DNA of 63,739 nucleotides, filler included, from Globobulimina sp. (lineage: Eukaryota): NCBI GenBank assembly GCA_003354225.1. It is 22 parts of 22 records of this genome, joined end to end, with 100 filler letters (N's around TTAATTAATTAA, not from the genome) between each part and the next. Parts side by side here need not be neighbours in the genome. Positions count along the whole stretch, not along the records: positions 23,225 to 26,026 come from PIVH01004827.1; positions 26,127 to 28,928 come from PIVH01004828.1; positions 29,029 to 31,830 come from PIVH01004829.1; positions 31,931 to 34,732 come from PIVH01004830.1; positions 34,833 to 37,634 come from PIVH01004831.1; positions 37,735 to 40,536 come from PIVH01004832.1; 16 more parts are not named here. The stretch is one strand, 5' to 3'. Made by a program: the position numbers and the translations under genes. Numbering within the stretch: position 1 is the stretch's first letter; each line of letters begins with the position of its first letter. The notes beneath the pieces are model-generated. The model searched no databases and was not told where the DNA came from. It saw only the letters and a list, made by a program, of their open reading frames with translations. Shown here in pieces: positions 23,225 to 37,793 of this stretch.

Positions 23225-26026
23225 TACGAAGAATGAGAGAGAGAGAAAATATAAATTAGATAAAGCAGAGAAAGAAAGACTGAAAGAAGAAAAGAAAAAT
23301 CCAACCAGATTTCAACCTAAAAGGAAAGCCAAAACTAAAACGATAGAGGACAATCCAGAGGTATATAAAGAAAGTAAATATAAACCTAAAAATAACAATC
23401 CCAAAAGTAACGGTCTTTTGACTACAGTCAAGGAGACCGTACTTGAGGTTAATAAAACGACGGCCATCACGGCGGAAGAAACCAAGAAATCAATAGAAAA
23501 TATTAAAAAGAAAGCTGAGAAAATTAGTTATATTTCTGAAACTAATGATGATAAATATAAACCTCTGAGTCTTGACATAAAGTATACATTTCCATTGGAA
23601 GAAATAGCAGAAGAAAAGTTAGACGATATAGTAGATAATACAACGGATGTATGTACAAATGCAGTATGTACTACTGATATTATAAATGCTGGTAAACAGC
23701 TATTAGAAATCACTGAAAATAATAGAAAATCGTGGAATAAATATGCAGGAAATAGTGCTTTAAATAATGCTACAAATTCTGATGAAGTGCATAATTGTGA
23801 TTATAATGTGAATAACCTAAAAGATGCGTTAGAAAATTCCAATAATGACATATCAGAGAACTCTAAATGTGCACGTAGACAAAACGGTAAAACACCCGAG
23901 GCAATAAATAGTGGAGCCACTATATGTGGCTGTGTTTATAAAAGACAAAAGATGCCAAAATCAATAAAATGTCTTGCACGTGAACAATTAGATATAGAAA
24001 TACCGGTCAGGCCAGAGTTTATTAAAAGTCCATATGCACGTGAACACGCTGCTACAGAAAAACCGACCAGACCTGAGTATACTAGGAGTCCACGTGACAG
24101 AATATTGACAACATTAGACACTTGTCAAAATGTACATAACCTCCCGTTGTATAATATTGATATTGATAGAAAAAATATGTATACACAGACTATTCAATCA
24201 AGTTTTGAAATTTCTGGTACTCAAACTGACAGTATTGATAATAATATGGGTTTATATAGTATTACAAACCATGATAACATACGACATAATACAAAATCTC
24301 TAGATAGTATACGGTATGATGTGAAAACTCAAACATATCCAGAGATTACCATCCCTGCGGGTTTTACACACTGCCAGGACTACGTAGAAAAAAGTAAATT
24401 AAATGAGAATTACTTAACTGAAATAAATAAAATTGATACTGAATATGATTTAGAAATAGCAGAAGTACATAGAGATAAATTACAAATAAATTTAAATTAT
24501 TTATTGCTATTAATTAATAATTATAAAGATGGGCGCAGATTAAAAGTGCCAAAAAATTCTGATACTGCGGCGAATATCCGCGGTCAAAATGTTTACACGA
24601 CGAAAACTGAAGAAAACTACAGGACGTGTGATTTATCGGAAGAACCTGTGTCAACCCAGTCACAAGTGGATGAAAACATGGAAGAAAACAAGGAGATAAA
24701 GGACAGAAATGAAGATCAAACTCAAAAAGTAAGTAAAACCTTTAAATTCTTAAAATGTTTAGACAATAATATATGTGTAGATGATGAAGACGATATTACT
24801 ATAGTTAGAGAAGTATTAGGTATACAAACAGACATTATAGAAGATAAAATTGATAATAATGATGGGGATATCCAATCCTTGGGATCGAAAACCCCACCAT
24901 ATATGTATGAAAATTTAGAAAATGATAATATTATGTTACATGATTACAATAATATGGCTGGCCGATCTATAGAATCGGTACCCATGTTATTAAGTGATTT
25001 TGATAACATAGATGATAATAACGGGGTTATTCAATCATTGAGATTGGAAACCCTACCATATATGTATGAAAAATTAGAAAATGATAATATTATGCTACAT
25101 GATTACGATAATATGGCTGGCCGATCTATAGAACCGGTACCCATGTTATTAAGTGATTATGATCGTAATGATGATGCTATCCTATCTTTGGGAAGGGAAA
25201 CGTCATTAAATTATGATAAATATAATATTATAGACAATAAATATGTTCAAATGACCGTTACGGATCAGGAAGTAGAAAATGATAGTATGTATGGAGAAAA
25301 TTGGTATAAATTAGAAAATCCAATTTATTTAACGGATAAAACCAAAAATATATATTATAAAAATTTAGATACTATTTTGATAGAATCATTAGCTAACCTT
25401 AAAATATCTGAGAACTTAGAAAATATTAAACAAACACAAACCCCTATGATAGATAAAATGGCTATAGATAATAAGGAATACTGTAAAGATGTAGATGATA
25501 TTGCTACACATGATTATGATAATATGGTTGCCCCGTTTTCAGAACCGGAAACCATATTACCTAGTAATCATGATCATAATGATGGTGTTATCCAGTCTTT
25601 AGGACTGGAAACTTCAAATATGTATGACAAATATAACGTCACCGATAATATGATAGATAAAATGGCTATAGATAATAAGGAAGGAGATAAAATTGATATT
25701 GCTACACATGATTATGATAATATGGTTGACCCATTTTTAGACTCGTATAACCTGAAAGATGCGTCAGAAATTCCAAAATATGAACGTAGACAATGTGGTA
25801 AATCACCCGAGGCAAAAAATAACGACACCACTACATGCAGAGCGACATATAGAAGACAAAAATCAATAAAATGTCTAACCCCGGACATTGTAGATCTACC
25901 CGACAGACAAGAGTTCATTAGAACTCCGGCTGTACGCGTACGACATGATAGTATAAAAATGGACAGACGGGAACACATTAGAAGCCCGAGCGATAGAGAA
26001 TTGATATCAGAAATCTCTTGCCTTAC
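23225..26026 (+). CDS. Large intronless N/D/K-rich repetitive protein of unknown function, open across the whole contig
   Basis: Single open frame of more than 930 codons with internal tandem and dispersed peptide repeats; no catalytic motif recognised. Confidence 0.55.
24852..25760 (+). repeat. Coding tandem repeats (one 159-bp/53-aa period plus degenerate copies)
   Basis: CCATATATGTATGAAAA...GGCCGATCTATAGAA.CGGTACCCATGTTATTAAGTGATT begins at 24897 and again at 25056. ATGATAGATAAAATGGCTATAGATAATAAGGAA recurs near 25447 and 25650. Confidence 0.9.
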
Positions 26027-26126
26027 NNNNNNNNNNNNNNNNNNNNNNNNNNNNNNNNNNNNNNNNNNNNTTAATTAATTAANNNNNNNNNNNNNNNNNN
26101 NNNNNNNNNNNNNNNNNNNNNNNNNN

Positions 26127-27018
26127 TTCCTGAATCCTTTAAATTGGAATGTTTTCCCCATAAATCATTCATATATTCATATGTAACAACATCACAGTTT
26201 GCATACATACAATAAATTCGATTTTTTCTATAATTATAACATATATTAAATGTTCTTTGATGATATTTTGGTTTATTTAATAGTTTCCATTTGTTCTCGT
26301 CATTTGATTTGAAATTATATAAAAAACTGTTGTTCTGATTTGTAATAAATAAGCTGTCCTCAACCATCACCATTTTAGATAAGAAAGCCCATTTCTGGTT
26401 ATTTTCATGTTGGAATTTTATCTCTTTCCACTCAATCAAATTTAAATTTGTTTCAACCAATTGATAAATATTTGTTTCACATTCACCAGAAAACCATCCT
26501 AACTGTTTCAGACTAAATGTGATTAAACCATACTGTTTGTCAAATACACACATATCACATTTGGTTGATGGTAACTTTGGCAAATATATGCGAAATGATT
26601 CCATGTTTATTGTGTTTTCATCATGCATTAATTGCTGAAATTTGTTGGTTTCGAATAACAATATCGACGACTGACCATTGATTTTGCCAATTTCAAATAT
26701 ACCACAATATGATGTATATTTCAATTGATCCCAATATATTATCGATGGATATTTCCATTGAATCTCATTTGCCATGCATTTGGTTGTTGTGTTTCTATGT
26801 GTTGTTATCTCCAAATTAATACTGCTAAAATTATCCATTGCAATGCAATTATATCCTGATGGATGCTCAAAAGTAAGTATTACTTTTGTAAACCTATAAA
26901 ATAAATAGCATAGTTTAATTATATCAGTAGGAACAATGGTCGATTCTGATAAATCAACAAATAAACGAATGTATCCTGAGATAATGATAATACTTTGTTT
27001 CTCTTCAAATGTGGGCAT
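26127..27018 (-). CDS. Hypothetical beta-propeller (kelch-like) protein with N-terminal ISGYIR...P.DII.LC..FY motif; 3'-partial
   Basis: ORF of about 300 codons; W-terminated blade-like repeats toward the C-terminus. Confidence 0.55.
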
Positions 27019-27020
27019 AG

Positions 27021-28928
<1,908 letters not shown>

Positions 28929-29028
28929 NNNNNNNNNNNNNNNNNNNNNNNNNNNNNNNNNNNNNNNNNNNNTTAATTAATTAANNNNNNNNNNNNNNNN
29001 NNNNNNNNNNNNNNNNNNNNNNNNNNNN

Positions 29029-31755
29029 CCTTTTTATACAATAAAACGGCATATTTCTCAGGCGCAATGGGTCGAGGATGCGTAAACCTGAACCAATCAA
29101 AAAAACAAATAAACATATTGTTTTTAGATTTTTTCTATAAAATACACAAGAAATTCATAAAAAAAAAAAATATTGATATTTGTTTCTGAGACATGCAACC
29201 AATCAAAAAACAAAGATCAGTGTTTTTTTTTTATAATATATATATACCCAAACGACAACGTCCATTCCTCACTATCAGCCTTGCAAAATACAGCATTTTC
29301 CCAATTCCGTGGATAACTTATTTTGGCGATATTTTTATGGCCGTGGTAGAAAGTACGCGCTAAGAAATTATGGAAAAAAAAGGCATTGCTTAGTATGCTT
29401 GGATGGCTATGACAACATCTATCAAATACGGCGTAATTTGAATAATCGACCCAATGCTGATCACGATCGTCCCACGAGGACAATATGTTGTTTTTATCTT
29501 GGACCATTTTGCTAAATACAACGTCGTTGTTCACAAAGGAAGTGTTTTTAGAGGAGGCGGCATCGCATATATCGTCATGATTGACTCTGTTCCAATTATA
29601 ATATAACGAATCCATATCATCATAGACGGACAAATTAAACACCGGCGGCACGTAGGCGTCCATGGCAACGATGCCATTTATGTCGGAATAATAAAATTCG
29701 ATATCACGCGCACCAATGGGCAGCTTCGTGCCACTCCGTACCGGGCCATCACTGGGCATTGAACCTTTTCGTAATTAAATAAAAAAAATTGTATTTTTTT
29801 TCAGGTTTTTTGTTCTGAAAAATCTGCAAGCAACCAATCAAAAAAAAGGAATAAAAAATTTCAAGAAATAAAAAAATAAAAGGCAATAAATCAAAAAACC
29901 TGTGGGTACTATGGGCGCATTCAAATTAAACATCGATTTCTCGGTTTGTATGATAGGATCACTCGAAGCCACATCTGTCGAAACACCGTAATTTCGTATT
30001 TTTATGGGCTTTGACGAACCACCCGTATCGTTACAAAAATCGTGACTCCATATAAATAGCGTTGGTGCGCCATAACAGTGATCGTTTTGTATACAGATTC
30101 TGTCCTCAATCAACGTGTGCTTCTCCCGGTCGTTACTACCAAACCATTCCACCCCTTCTTTGGCCACATCGTCTAGAAAATCTTCGATATCCTCGGCTTC
30201 CCAATATCGCAGTCGATACACATACCATTTTTTCGTCCCTAACCATCGTCGCTGTTCAATATCAGTCCGGAACTGTGCCAATGGATATTTTTCATTGTGC
30301 GTATTTGTGGTCACTTTACCATTGGCGGATTGCTTCCAATTCGCTAATAAATAAGTACCATATTTGCCTAATTGTGCTTTATTTAATCGCCATACAAAGG
30401 ATGGTAGTTCAATATCTTGTAAATTTAATGGTAATGCAGGGATATTATTTAATACGCGATTATAAAATGCCTTCAGCTTAGGTTTTGATTCAAATAATGG
30501 CCCAAATGACAATGTTTCATTGGCAAATAATTCGCCAGTGATCTGATCCATGCATTTTATCGGTTTTACCTTACTGTCATCCAATTCGTCCCCAAAACAA
30601 CACATATCCAATGTACCAGCATCAAATTGTTGCATCCAATCGTCTGTAAAACAGTTTTTTTACACTTACAACATTTCGCCATGATGTTTTGAGTAAGTAA
30701 CAGTAAAAAAACTTGCCTTTGCTCAAGAATCATGGCAGAATGTAGTGAGTAAAGACACTTACGGACCTGGCCAGACATCCCGAGCCTCTTTAAAGTTCAT
30801 ATTTTGATGCCATATTCGTTTCCATGCCACTGGACGCGATTCGTTTGGATAAAATCCACAAAATTTACGTACAAATTCATCCACATATTTACTGTGTAAT
30901 TTCTTCCATGGTTTTGGGTTAATTTGATTGCTTTTTTTCTCATTTTCGCAAAAATCAGTCAAGGCCTTTTCTACCCACTTTCCCCGCGAACTCCACCGGC
31001 GGTCATTTACTTTGTCATCGTCAGAATCATATACAATGGCACTCATTCTTACGTTGTCGTCATCTTCGTCGTGATTTGTTAGCTTATCTTCGGCGTTGAT
31101 TTGCAGTCCATCCACACCATCAATAAACGCTTGCTTTATTTGATGTGAATTCATCTCATCCTCTTTTACATCGCCTTGTATATCTTCCAAGTCCACGCCC
31201 ATACTCATCAATTGCAACATTGCTTGTTGTTTTTGCACATAATATTTCTGCACCAATACATCTGTGAAACGTAAGCGATCTCTCAACTGTGCACTGTGCG
31301 CATGCAGCCATGTTCAGTTTTGGTGATTTTCCAAGTAAGTTGCGACTCACTCAAAAAATCAGCAAAAAAACCATGCCTGCTTTGCAAAGCGAAATGGCAA
31401 ACCTGTGTCACGTGTTTTCTTCATGTTGATTAAATAACTAATGTCCAAATCACAGTTAATTTGGTCCCTGCGGATCAGGGTATCATTCGTATCCTCAGTC
31501 TTAGCCTCCAAATCGTTTGCTTTTATCGCCACATCCGTACAAATATCGTGTTTATCCTCGTTGGTAGTCTCAATTTGATATTTTATTTGGTCGTAATCCT
31601 GTCCAAGTATCGAGATTTCTTTCTCTATGCATTGTGTTATCTCTTGATTTGCTAAATAAATGTTGGCAAAATGCTGTCTGGCTGCTTTAAATAGTACATA
31701 TTTGTATACTTTCTCAATTTGGTCCATCTTAATAGGCCTCGCATATCGTTTTACC
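29029..31755 (-). CDS. Multi-exon hypothetical protein, partial
   Basis: Minus-strand ORFs 31359-31727, 30759-31286, 29838-30635 and 29217-29759 can be joined by T-rich GT-AG introns; no domain recognised. Confidence 0.6.
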
Positions 31756-31930
31756 TTGAAAAAAAATATCAGTTATACCAAAAAATAAATTATGTTTTTT
31801 ATTGGTTGCTGTTTTTTTTTTAGCAAACTTNNNNNNNNNNNNNNNNNNNNNNNNNNNNNNNNNNNNNNNNNNNNTTAATTAATTAANNNNNNNNNNNNNN
31901 NNNNNNNNNNNNNNNNNNNNNNNNNNNNNN

Positions 31931-32504
31931 GCAAGAAGAGAATTTATTTCGTAGAACGAGTTACGTTGCTTCGCTGTGTAACACCATACATAGTTTTCAA
32001 AATAAATATTTATTGGATAAAAAGAGGAAATGGTCCTATCCAATACATGAATTTGGATGCATTTACAGTCCAAATGTAAATGTTTTGCGGAGCAATGAGT
32101 ATTCAGGCTATAAGTTTTTAAAATGTCCATATACATTATCATGTATCGCAGCTGCAATGTATAGATTCCCAAAGATTGACGAAAAAAGCAGGAGATATAA
32201 AGATGAGAATATTGAGGGGAATATTAAAAGGAAAATACGATCGTTGCTGAGGGCGTCCTATGTGAATGGACATGATTGTGCTGTAATGTCAGCGTGGGGC
32301 TGTGGCGCATTTAGAAACCCACCGGAACATCAAGCACAACTTTGGTACCAAGTATTATCGGAAAAGGAGTTTGGAAATGTATTTGATTGTATTGTTTTTG
32401 CGATATTAGACGATCACAATGCAAAAAAGAAACATAATCCAAACGGAAACTATAAACCGTTTGCAGATATATTTGGTGAATCGAAAATTTTGGAACTATA
32501 TTGA
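31931..32504 (+). CDS. Bacterial-type poly(ADP-ribose) glycohydrolase (TIGR02452/DUF2263 macrodomain), 5'-partial
   Basis: Catalytic QEENLFRRT at the contig start, IYSPNVNVLR, IAAA, and GHDCAVMSAWGCGAFRNPP...VFAILD. Confidence 0.9.
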
Positions 32505-32583
32505 TTGGTAACCTATAATTGCTATAATTCGTTTTTGACTGTGAGTCGTTTCCAAAAACAAAAATCAGTTAGTGAGTAACTCC

Positions 32584-33414
32584 ATGGATTCCAAATTAAT
32601 CTTTACAGTAATAACCTGCTGGCTTTCTTCAGCGCAGCTAACACCACCAACAGATGGAACATTGGCATTGGTCTATGATGCGAATTTCACAGGAAAGGGC
32701 TCTCGCAATATTGGACAATTTAATTGTGCAGATAATTGGGGCGGAGTTACATTGGATCAAAGAAGTTGGCAAAGTGTGAATTATCAACATCAGTATGGAT
32801 GGGGCGATGATTTAATGAATATGTTTTCTGTGTCCTCGGATGGCGAATTGGCCATTGTCTGGGTATATTGTAATGGAGCGAATGCGCACTATGCCTTTTC
32901 CCAAGATTACAGTCATTATAATACGGGAGAACAGGCGAGCGGAGTCTGTGCATTTAATGCTAATAAACGTACCAATGTACATGTTACATTTCCATCAATT
33001 ATGTCTGCGCCAAGAACGGCGCCACCAAATAATGTGTATGTTCATGGCGAAACCATTGAGATTCGAAATAATTTAGGATGGGTTGTGTTGGATGATGGCA
33101 ATTATACAGTTATTACGTGGACAACTATTGATTGCACAACGTGTGGCGATCCAGGTTGGATGGAGTTGCATGGTTTTTTAATTAATTCGGAAAAGAAAAA
33201 AATATGTTTTACCATTTTCTATTTACAATTGCAAAATACAAGGACTGTTCCAATGGAATATACGTTGTGTTTGTCAGATTTAACAACACCATTTAAAAAT
33301 ATTCCTGCGACGTGGACTGGCAATTTAACTTCAACCGCTACTGCCACGCCACCAAACGATAGAGATTCATTGGAAACGAAAATGTATCGCCTCAGACATG
33401 ATGCGGTTGTATAA
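32584..33414 (+). CDS. Secreted beta-rich hypothetical protein
   Basis: Signal-peptide-like N-terminus (MDSKLIFTVITCWLSSA); intronless ORF of about 276 aa; motif DCTTCGDPGWMELH. Confidence 0.65.
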   Translation: MDSKLIFTVITCWLSSAQLTPPTDGTLALVYDANFTGKGSRNIGQFNCADNWGGVTLDQRSWQSVNYQHQYGWGDDLMNMFSVSSDGELAIVWVYCNGANAHYAFSQDYSHYNTGEQASGVCAFNANKRTNVHVTFPSIMSAPRTAPPNNVYVHGETIEIRNNLGWVVLDDGNYTVITWTTIDCTTCGDPGWMELHGFLINSEKKKICFTIFYLQLQNTRTVPMEYTLCLSDLTTPFKNIPATWTGNLTSTATATPPNDRDSLETKMYRLRHDAVV

Positions 33415-35174
33415 TATGCAAATTTGTTAATTGTGTACATAAATATTGAAAGGATCGACTATTTTCTCTTTTTAGTACGCCATAAATCAGTCATCCAATC
33501 ACGTGACGCGAGCGTATTCCACCGATGTTATATTTAATAGCATTATCAAAATGGCCGGCGCCCAAGATCTAGATGCTTAGGTTAGTAAGAAAGAAATAAA
33601 ACATTTTATAGGCGTTTTTTTGATAAAAAATTAAAAGATCGACGAAGAAGAGTGCAGGCATTTCAATTTTTTATACGAGTGTTAATTCAGATGGCACCAT
33701 CCACCTCATACACCAATGAAGAAGTAAACAACATACCAGCAAACAATGTTATTTATAAACGTATGCGTTTAACAACAAATTTAAATTGCTAAAAAAAACA
33801 AACACTAAAAATGTCAAAACAAGCACAAACAATGTAAACAAATGTGTCAATGCAGAAAAATCATAACCCACAGATTGTCCGTGTCATCAATCCACTTAAA
33901 AGCTCTTAATAATACAATTAGACATTTAATTTAATTTACATACCAATTGGTCATCGCCTCTTGATTTTATGCTTCTGGCTGTTAGTGTTTTTTGTACGTT
34001 TTGTGATTAGATAGAATTTGGACAAAAATTGATAATAAAAACGTCAACGAGAAATGTAAAAGATATCAGAGTTGGAATCCGCTTCATTTTTTTTCATATT
34101 TTCAAATATTGTAACATATTTGGATCAAATATCTAAGATTCATCATTTGAAAAGAAAAGAAAAGTTTTTTTTTATTGATACATACGTTTAAATTTCTTCT
34201 CATTTATAAGCGTATCTTTTTAATAAACTTAAATTCCAGAATTTTCTGATATAAAATTAGTCAGCTAAATATTTTCAACAATTAAACCGTTTAAAATGAA
34301 TAGAAAATAATGTTTAAAATGAATTGCAATAATTTTAATTAAAATGAATAGTCAGAGCAATTTTATCCTCAATGCAATTTTGCAATTGCTCAAGTTCAAA
34401 GCAATCACGTTTTGTTTATTATTTCATCATAAACAAGACCAAAAATGTAGGCGGCAATTATTAAAATAACATACATTTTTAAATGGAGCGGAGTGTTGAA
34501 TACCAATTAATTACATTTAGCTCAATATTCAATATTCATCACGTGAGTTTCATTCATAGTACCCTGCTGTATTGAAGTGGGATTGTTAGGAAGAAAGGCT
34601 GGCTGTTTGATAACCAATGGGGCCGCCACCTTTACTTTGTCTGTTTTATTCCGCAAACGGAGCATTTATTTTACGCTGTTTTTGACAACCTAGAAAGCAA
34701 CTAGTCATCGAAAACCCCTCTTTGTTATCTCANNNNNNNNNNNNNNNNNNNNNNNNNNNNNNNNNNNNNNNNNNNNTTAATTAATTAANNNNNNNNNNNN
34801 NNNNNNNNNNNNNNNNNNNNNNNNNNNNNNNNGTGAAATCAATTTGTTCATTGCAATGATCAACGAATTTTCATTCTTGATGGTAGCAATCCATTGTGGT
34901 TTCTCGAATGCATAATAAGGTTTATAACTTGCTCTGAAGTCACAAAGAAAACCATCCAATTGCGATGTATCAACATCAACATGCATTGCGTTGTTCGGCA
35001 TGCATGCACAAAATAGCATTGTTGATATCGATAGAAGCAGCATCGTGAAATTAACCAATCAAATTAATAGAGCAAAGCAATTATTGTTGCGGATTTTTTT
35101 CTTGATTCACAGATACTGCGAATTTGCGTTTCTTTGGTGGGTGAATCTGCTGCAGCCTGTTTTTATTCAATTAA

Positions 35175-35843
35175 TTACATACCGACAGAAAACCCAATTT
35201 TTTTTGGAACTGCGCTGCTTTTTTGAGCCATCCCACGCGATCTTTTTTTCGGTGCATGCTTACATCTCCTTTTTCTTTTCATGCCATAGCCACCGCCACC
35301 ACCACCGCCCATACTTCTCGTTATGCCTCTCGTCACAATTTTACTTTTATAATAGCCACGAGACTGAGACTGAGGGTATTTTACTACCACTTTTTGCTGT
35401 GATTTTAATTGATTCACTTGTCGAATGAAGGAGTCTTTGGTATTAATAACAGTGCATTGCGGACATAAATCATATCCTTCCGCATGTTTGCTGCTTTTAT
35501 TATTGTTACAATGATAAACTATTTCGCTTTTTTCTTTGGTTTGGCCGCATCCATCACATTGGATTGAACCATCACCGCCATCAGAATAACATTGCTCTGC
35601 TTGTGTTGATATTAATTGAGCATCGCAAATACATTTTGGTTTGGAACATTGCGTCCAATCGACGGAATCCATTGCTTTTAATAAGGCAGAATGCGCATTT
35701 TTTAATGCACTTAAGGTTGTTATGTTTAATTCTTTTAATTTATTAAGGATAATCTCATCCCATCCATTCATTCCACACCAAATATTAAATAATATGGCAT
35801 CGGTGCTTGGTAGTTGCTTGTTCGTCTTCTCTTCACTTGCCAT
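35175..35843 (-). CDS. Hypothetical protein with ZZ-like zinc finger; probably continues past a donor site near 35181
   Basis: CDGC...VYHC...H..GYDLCPQC; the ORF ends at a G|GTATGT donor-like site. Confidence 0.6.
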   Translation of the reverse strand: MASEEKTNKQLPSTDAILFNIWCGMNGWDEIILNKLKELNITTLSALKNAHSALLKAMDSVDWTQCSKPKCICDAQLISTQAEQCYSDGGDGSIQCDGCGQTKEKSEIVYHCNNNKSSKHAEGYDLCPQCTVINTKDSFIRQVNQLKSQQKVVVKYPQSQSRGYYKSKIVTRGITRSMGGGGGGGYGMKRKRRCKHAPKKRSRGMAQKSSAVPKKIGFSVGM

Positions 35844-35932
35844 GATCTTGCAAGTTGGAACGGGCTTAAAAATCTAATTAAAAAAAAACATTATTCCATT
35901 CATTCAAAGTACGTAAAAACTAAAAAGGCAGA

Positions 35933-37128
35933 ATGTCGTTCAATTCGCATGTGTTGGTGTGGTGGTTGGAGCAAATAATAGCATATATTGGTTTAATTGT
36001 ATGCACCATACTTTGTATCATCGTCATCAAAGCGTTAAGATCGCATAAATTAGCGCCAACATTACGATTCCTGATCTACACACTCCATATCCTTTCAGTC
36101 TTATTTTTCATAGTCACCATTCTCTCACTAATAATTCTCCCGTTATTTAGATCTCTTCAAATACCAATTAATCCAATCATTGCCTGCCAAACAATCTATA
36201 TTTTGCTATCAAGTCTTGGAGCCGGCTTATTATTGGTAGTCATCAACGTATTTTTCGAGAGGTTACGTCTTTCGTTTGTTGACACAGATTTAGCCATATC
36301 CTCTGTTTGTCATTTTTTATTTCGAATACTTTTAACTTTTATGTGGGCAGCACTTGGATCCATATACTTATATGTTGCAGACCCAACACCTTTTAATATA
36401 TACTCCCAACGGGTTGATATTCTGAATGGTATCACCTGCAGTACGCATGCGAAAGGAAGAGACAATTCGATGACTTTAATCTATTCAATAGCGGCGTGTA
36501 CGATGATAGTCAGTAATTTGATTGTGCTGTTTTTATTCATTTCCAAATTGTATACTTTATTGAAACAAATGGCGGCGAAAACAGATAATGCGAGCGAGGT
36601 ATCTGCCGATTTTATTGCGATTATGAAAGATCAGACTATGTTAGTTTCAATTGCTGTGGTCTCAACTGCTGTATTATGGAGTTTAGAGGCTGCATTGCAA
36701 ATTGGTCAAACGTTTGCGTCCATGGACATTATTGTCAATGTTTCTGTGTGTTTTTTAACATTCAGATTCAATAAGAAATATTTTAACTTTTGTAAATGTG
36801 ATTTATTGGCATTATTTTGTTGCAAATGGTTCGAGACAGTAATAGCAACAGAACATAGTACGATTATTGAACTCAAATTAGCCAAATCTATCTCTACCAG
36901 CGGTATTTTCATGTATTTGAATATATACTAATTTTGTTATGGTGTGTTGGCTATGTTTAATAATTAATATATTCAGATATGCTGAATATTGCTGATTTTA
37001 CTGTGGCTGCTAAATCGACCACGGACACTGCACCATCCATAGCTACGTCAGTCACATCCCAGTCACCCACCTCATCGTTACAATCGAAACAAGCATCCAT
37101 TGCAATTGGTGTTACATTGCAAAAATAA
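35933..37128 (+). CDS. Seven-TM GPCR-like receptor; intron 36903-36976
   Basis: Seven hydrophobic helices, ERL after TM3 (DRY-like), Cys in extracellular loops, S/T-rich tail in the second exon. Confidence 0.65.
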
Positions 37129-37469
37129 AATTACTCATTTTGTAAAATTTCTGTGCGTCATTATTATATGTATATTATATTAAATATATTATTATGTTTG
37201 AAATTGTGTGTTTCTGCAAATGTTTAATTGAATTACTTGCAAATGTTTAATTACTTGTTAATTATGTACAAACCAAGCCACATATTTGTGGACAGTCCGT
37301 ATAAAAGTAAAGCAAGAACAACAAACACAAACTACGAATAATTCAGAAATGGAAAACGTTTTATTAGATCCTGAACGAAAAGCAAGTTTTGCAAAGATAT
37401 TGCAACCAGCCTTGGATTTGAGGCAAACAATTATTGATATTTAGCACAGCACTGAAAGTGTTGCAGATA

Positions 37470-37634
37470 ATGTCACAGTCAGCGCTTGTATATTTGTTGA
37501 TTTTGTTCTGTTGTAATTTTGTAAGTGGTTTCTCATGTAATTCAATGATGGATTGTGAACTAAATGGCGAATGTATTAACAGTCAATGTTTATGCAATTC
37601 AGGATGGAAAGGAGAATCATGCAGTGTACTAAAT
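37470..37634 (+). CDS. Secreted protein with N-terminal EGF-like module, 3'-partial
   Basis: Signal peptide, then CNSMMDCELNGECINSQCLCNSGWKGESC. Confidence 0.7.
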
Positions 37635-37793
37635 NNNNNNNNNNNNNNNNNNNNNNNNNNNNNNNNNNNNNNNNNNNNTTAATTAATTAANNNNNNNNNN
37701 NNNNNNNNNNNNNNNNNNNNNNNNNNNNNNNNNNCACCAGGTCGTCGCGATCCGGGTCCAGGTCGTGCCATCCCCGCCATTGAGGAATCTAAG

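Noticed and set aside
34833-35190. KIGFSVG at the end of the ZZ-like exon as the start of a vWA-associated region
   Set aside because: I could not find a downstream exon that continues such a domain within the contig.
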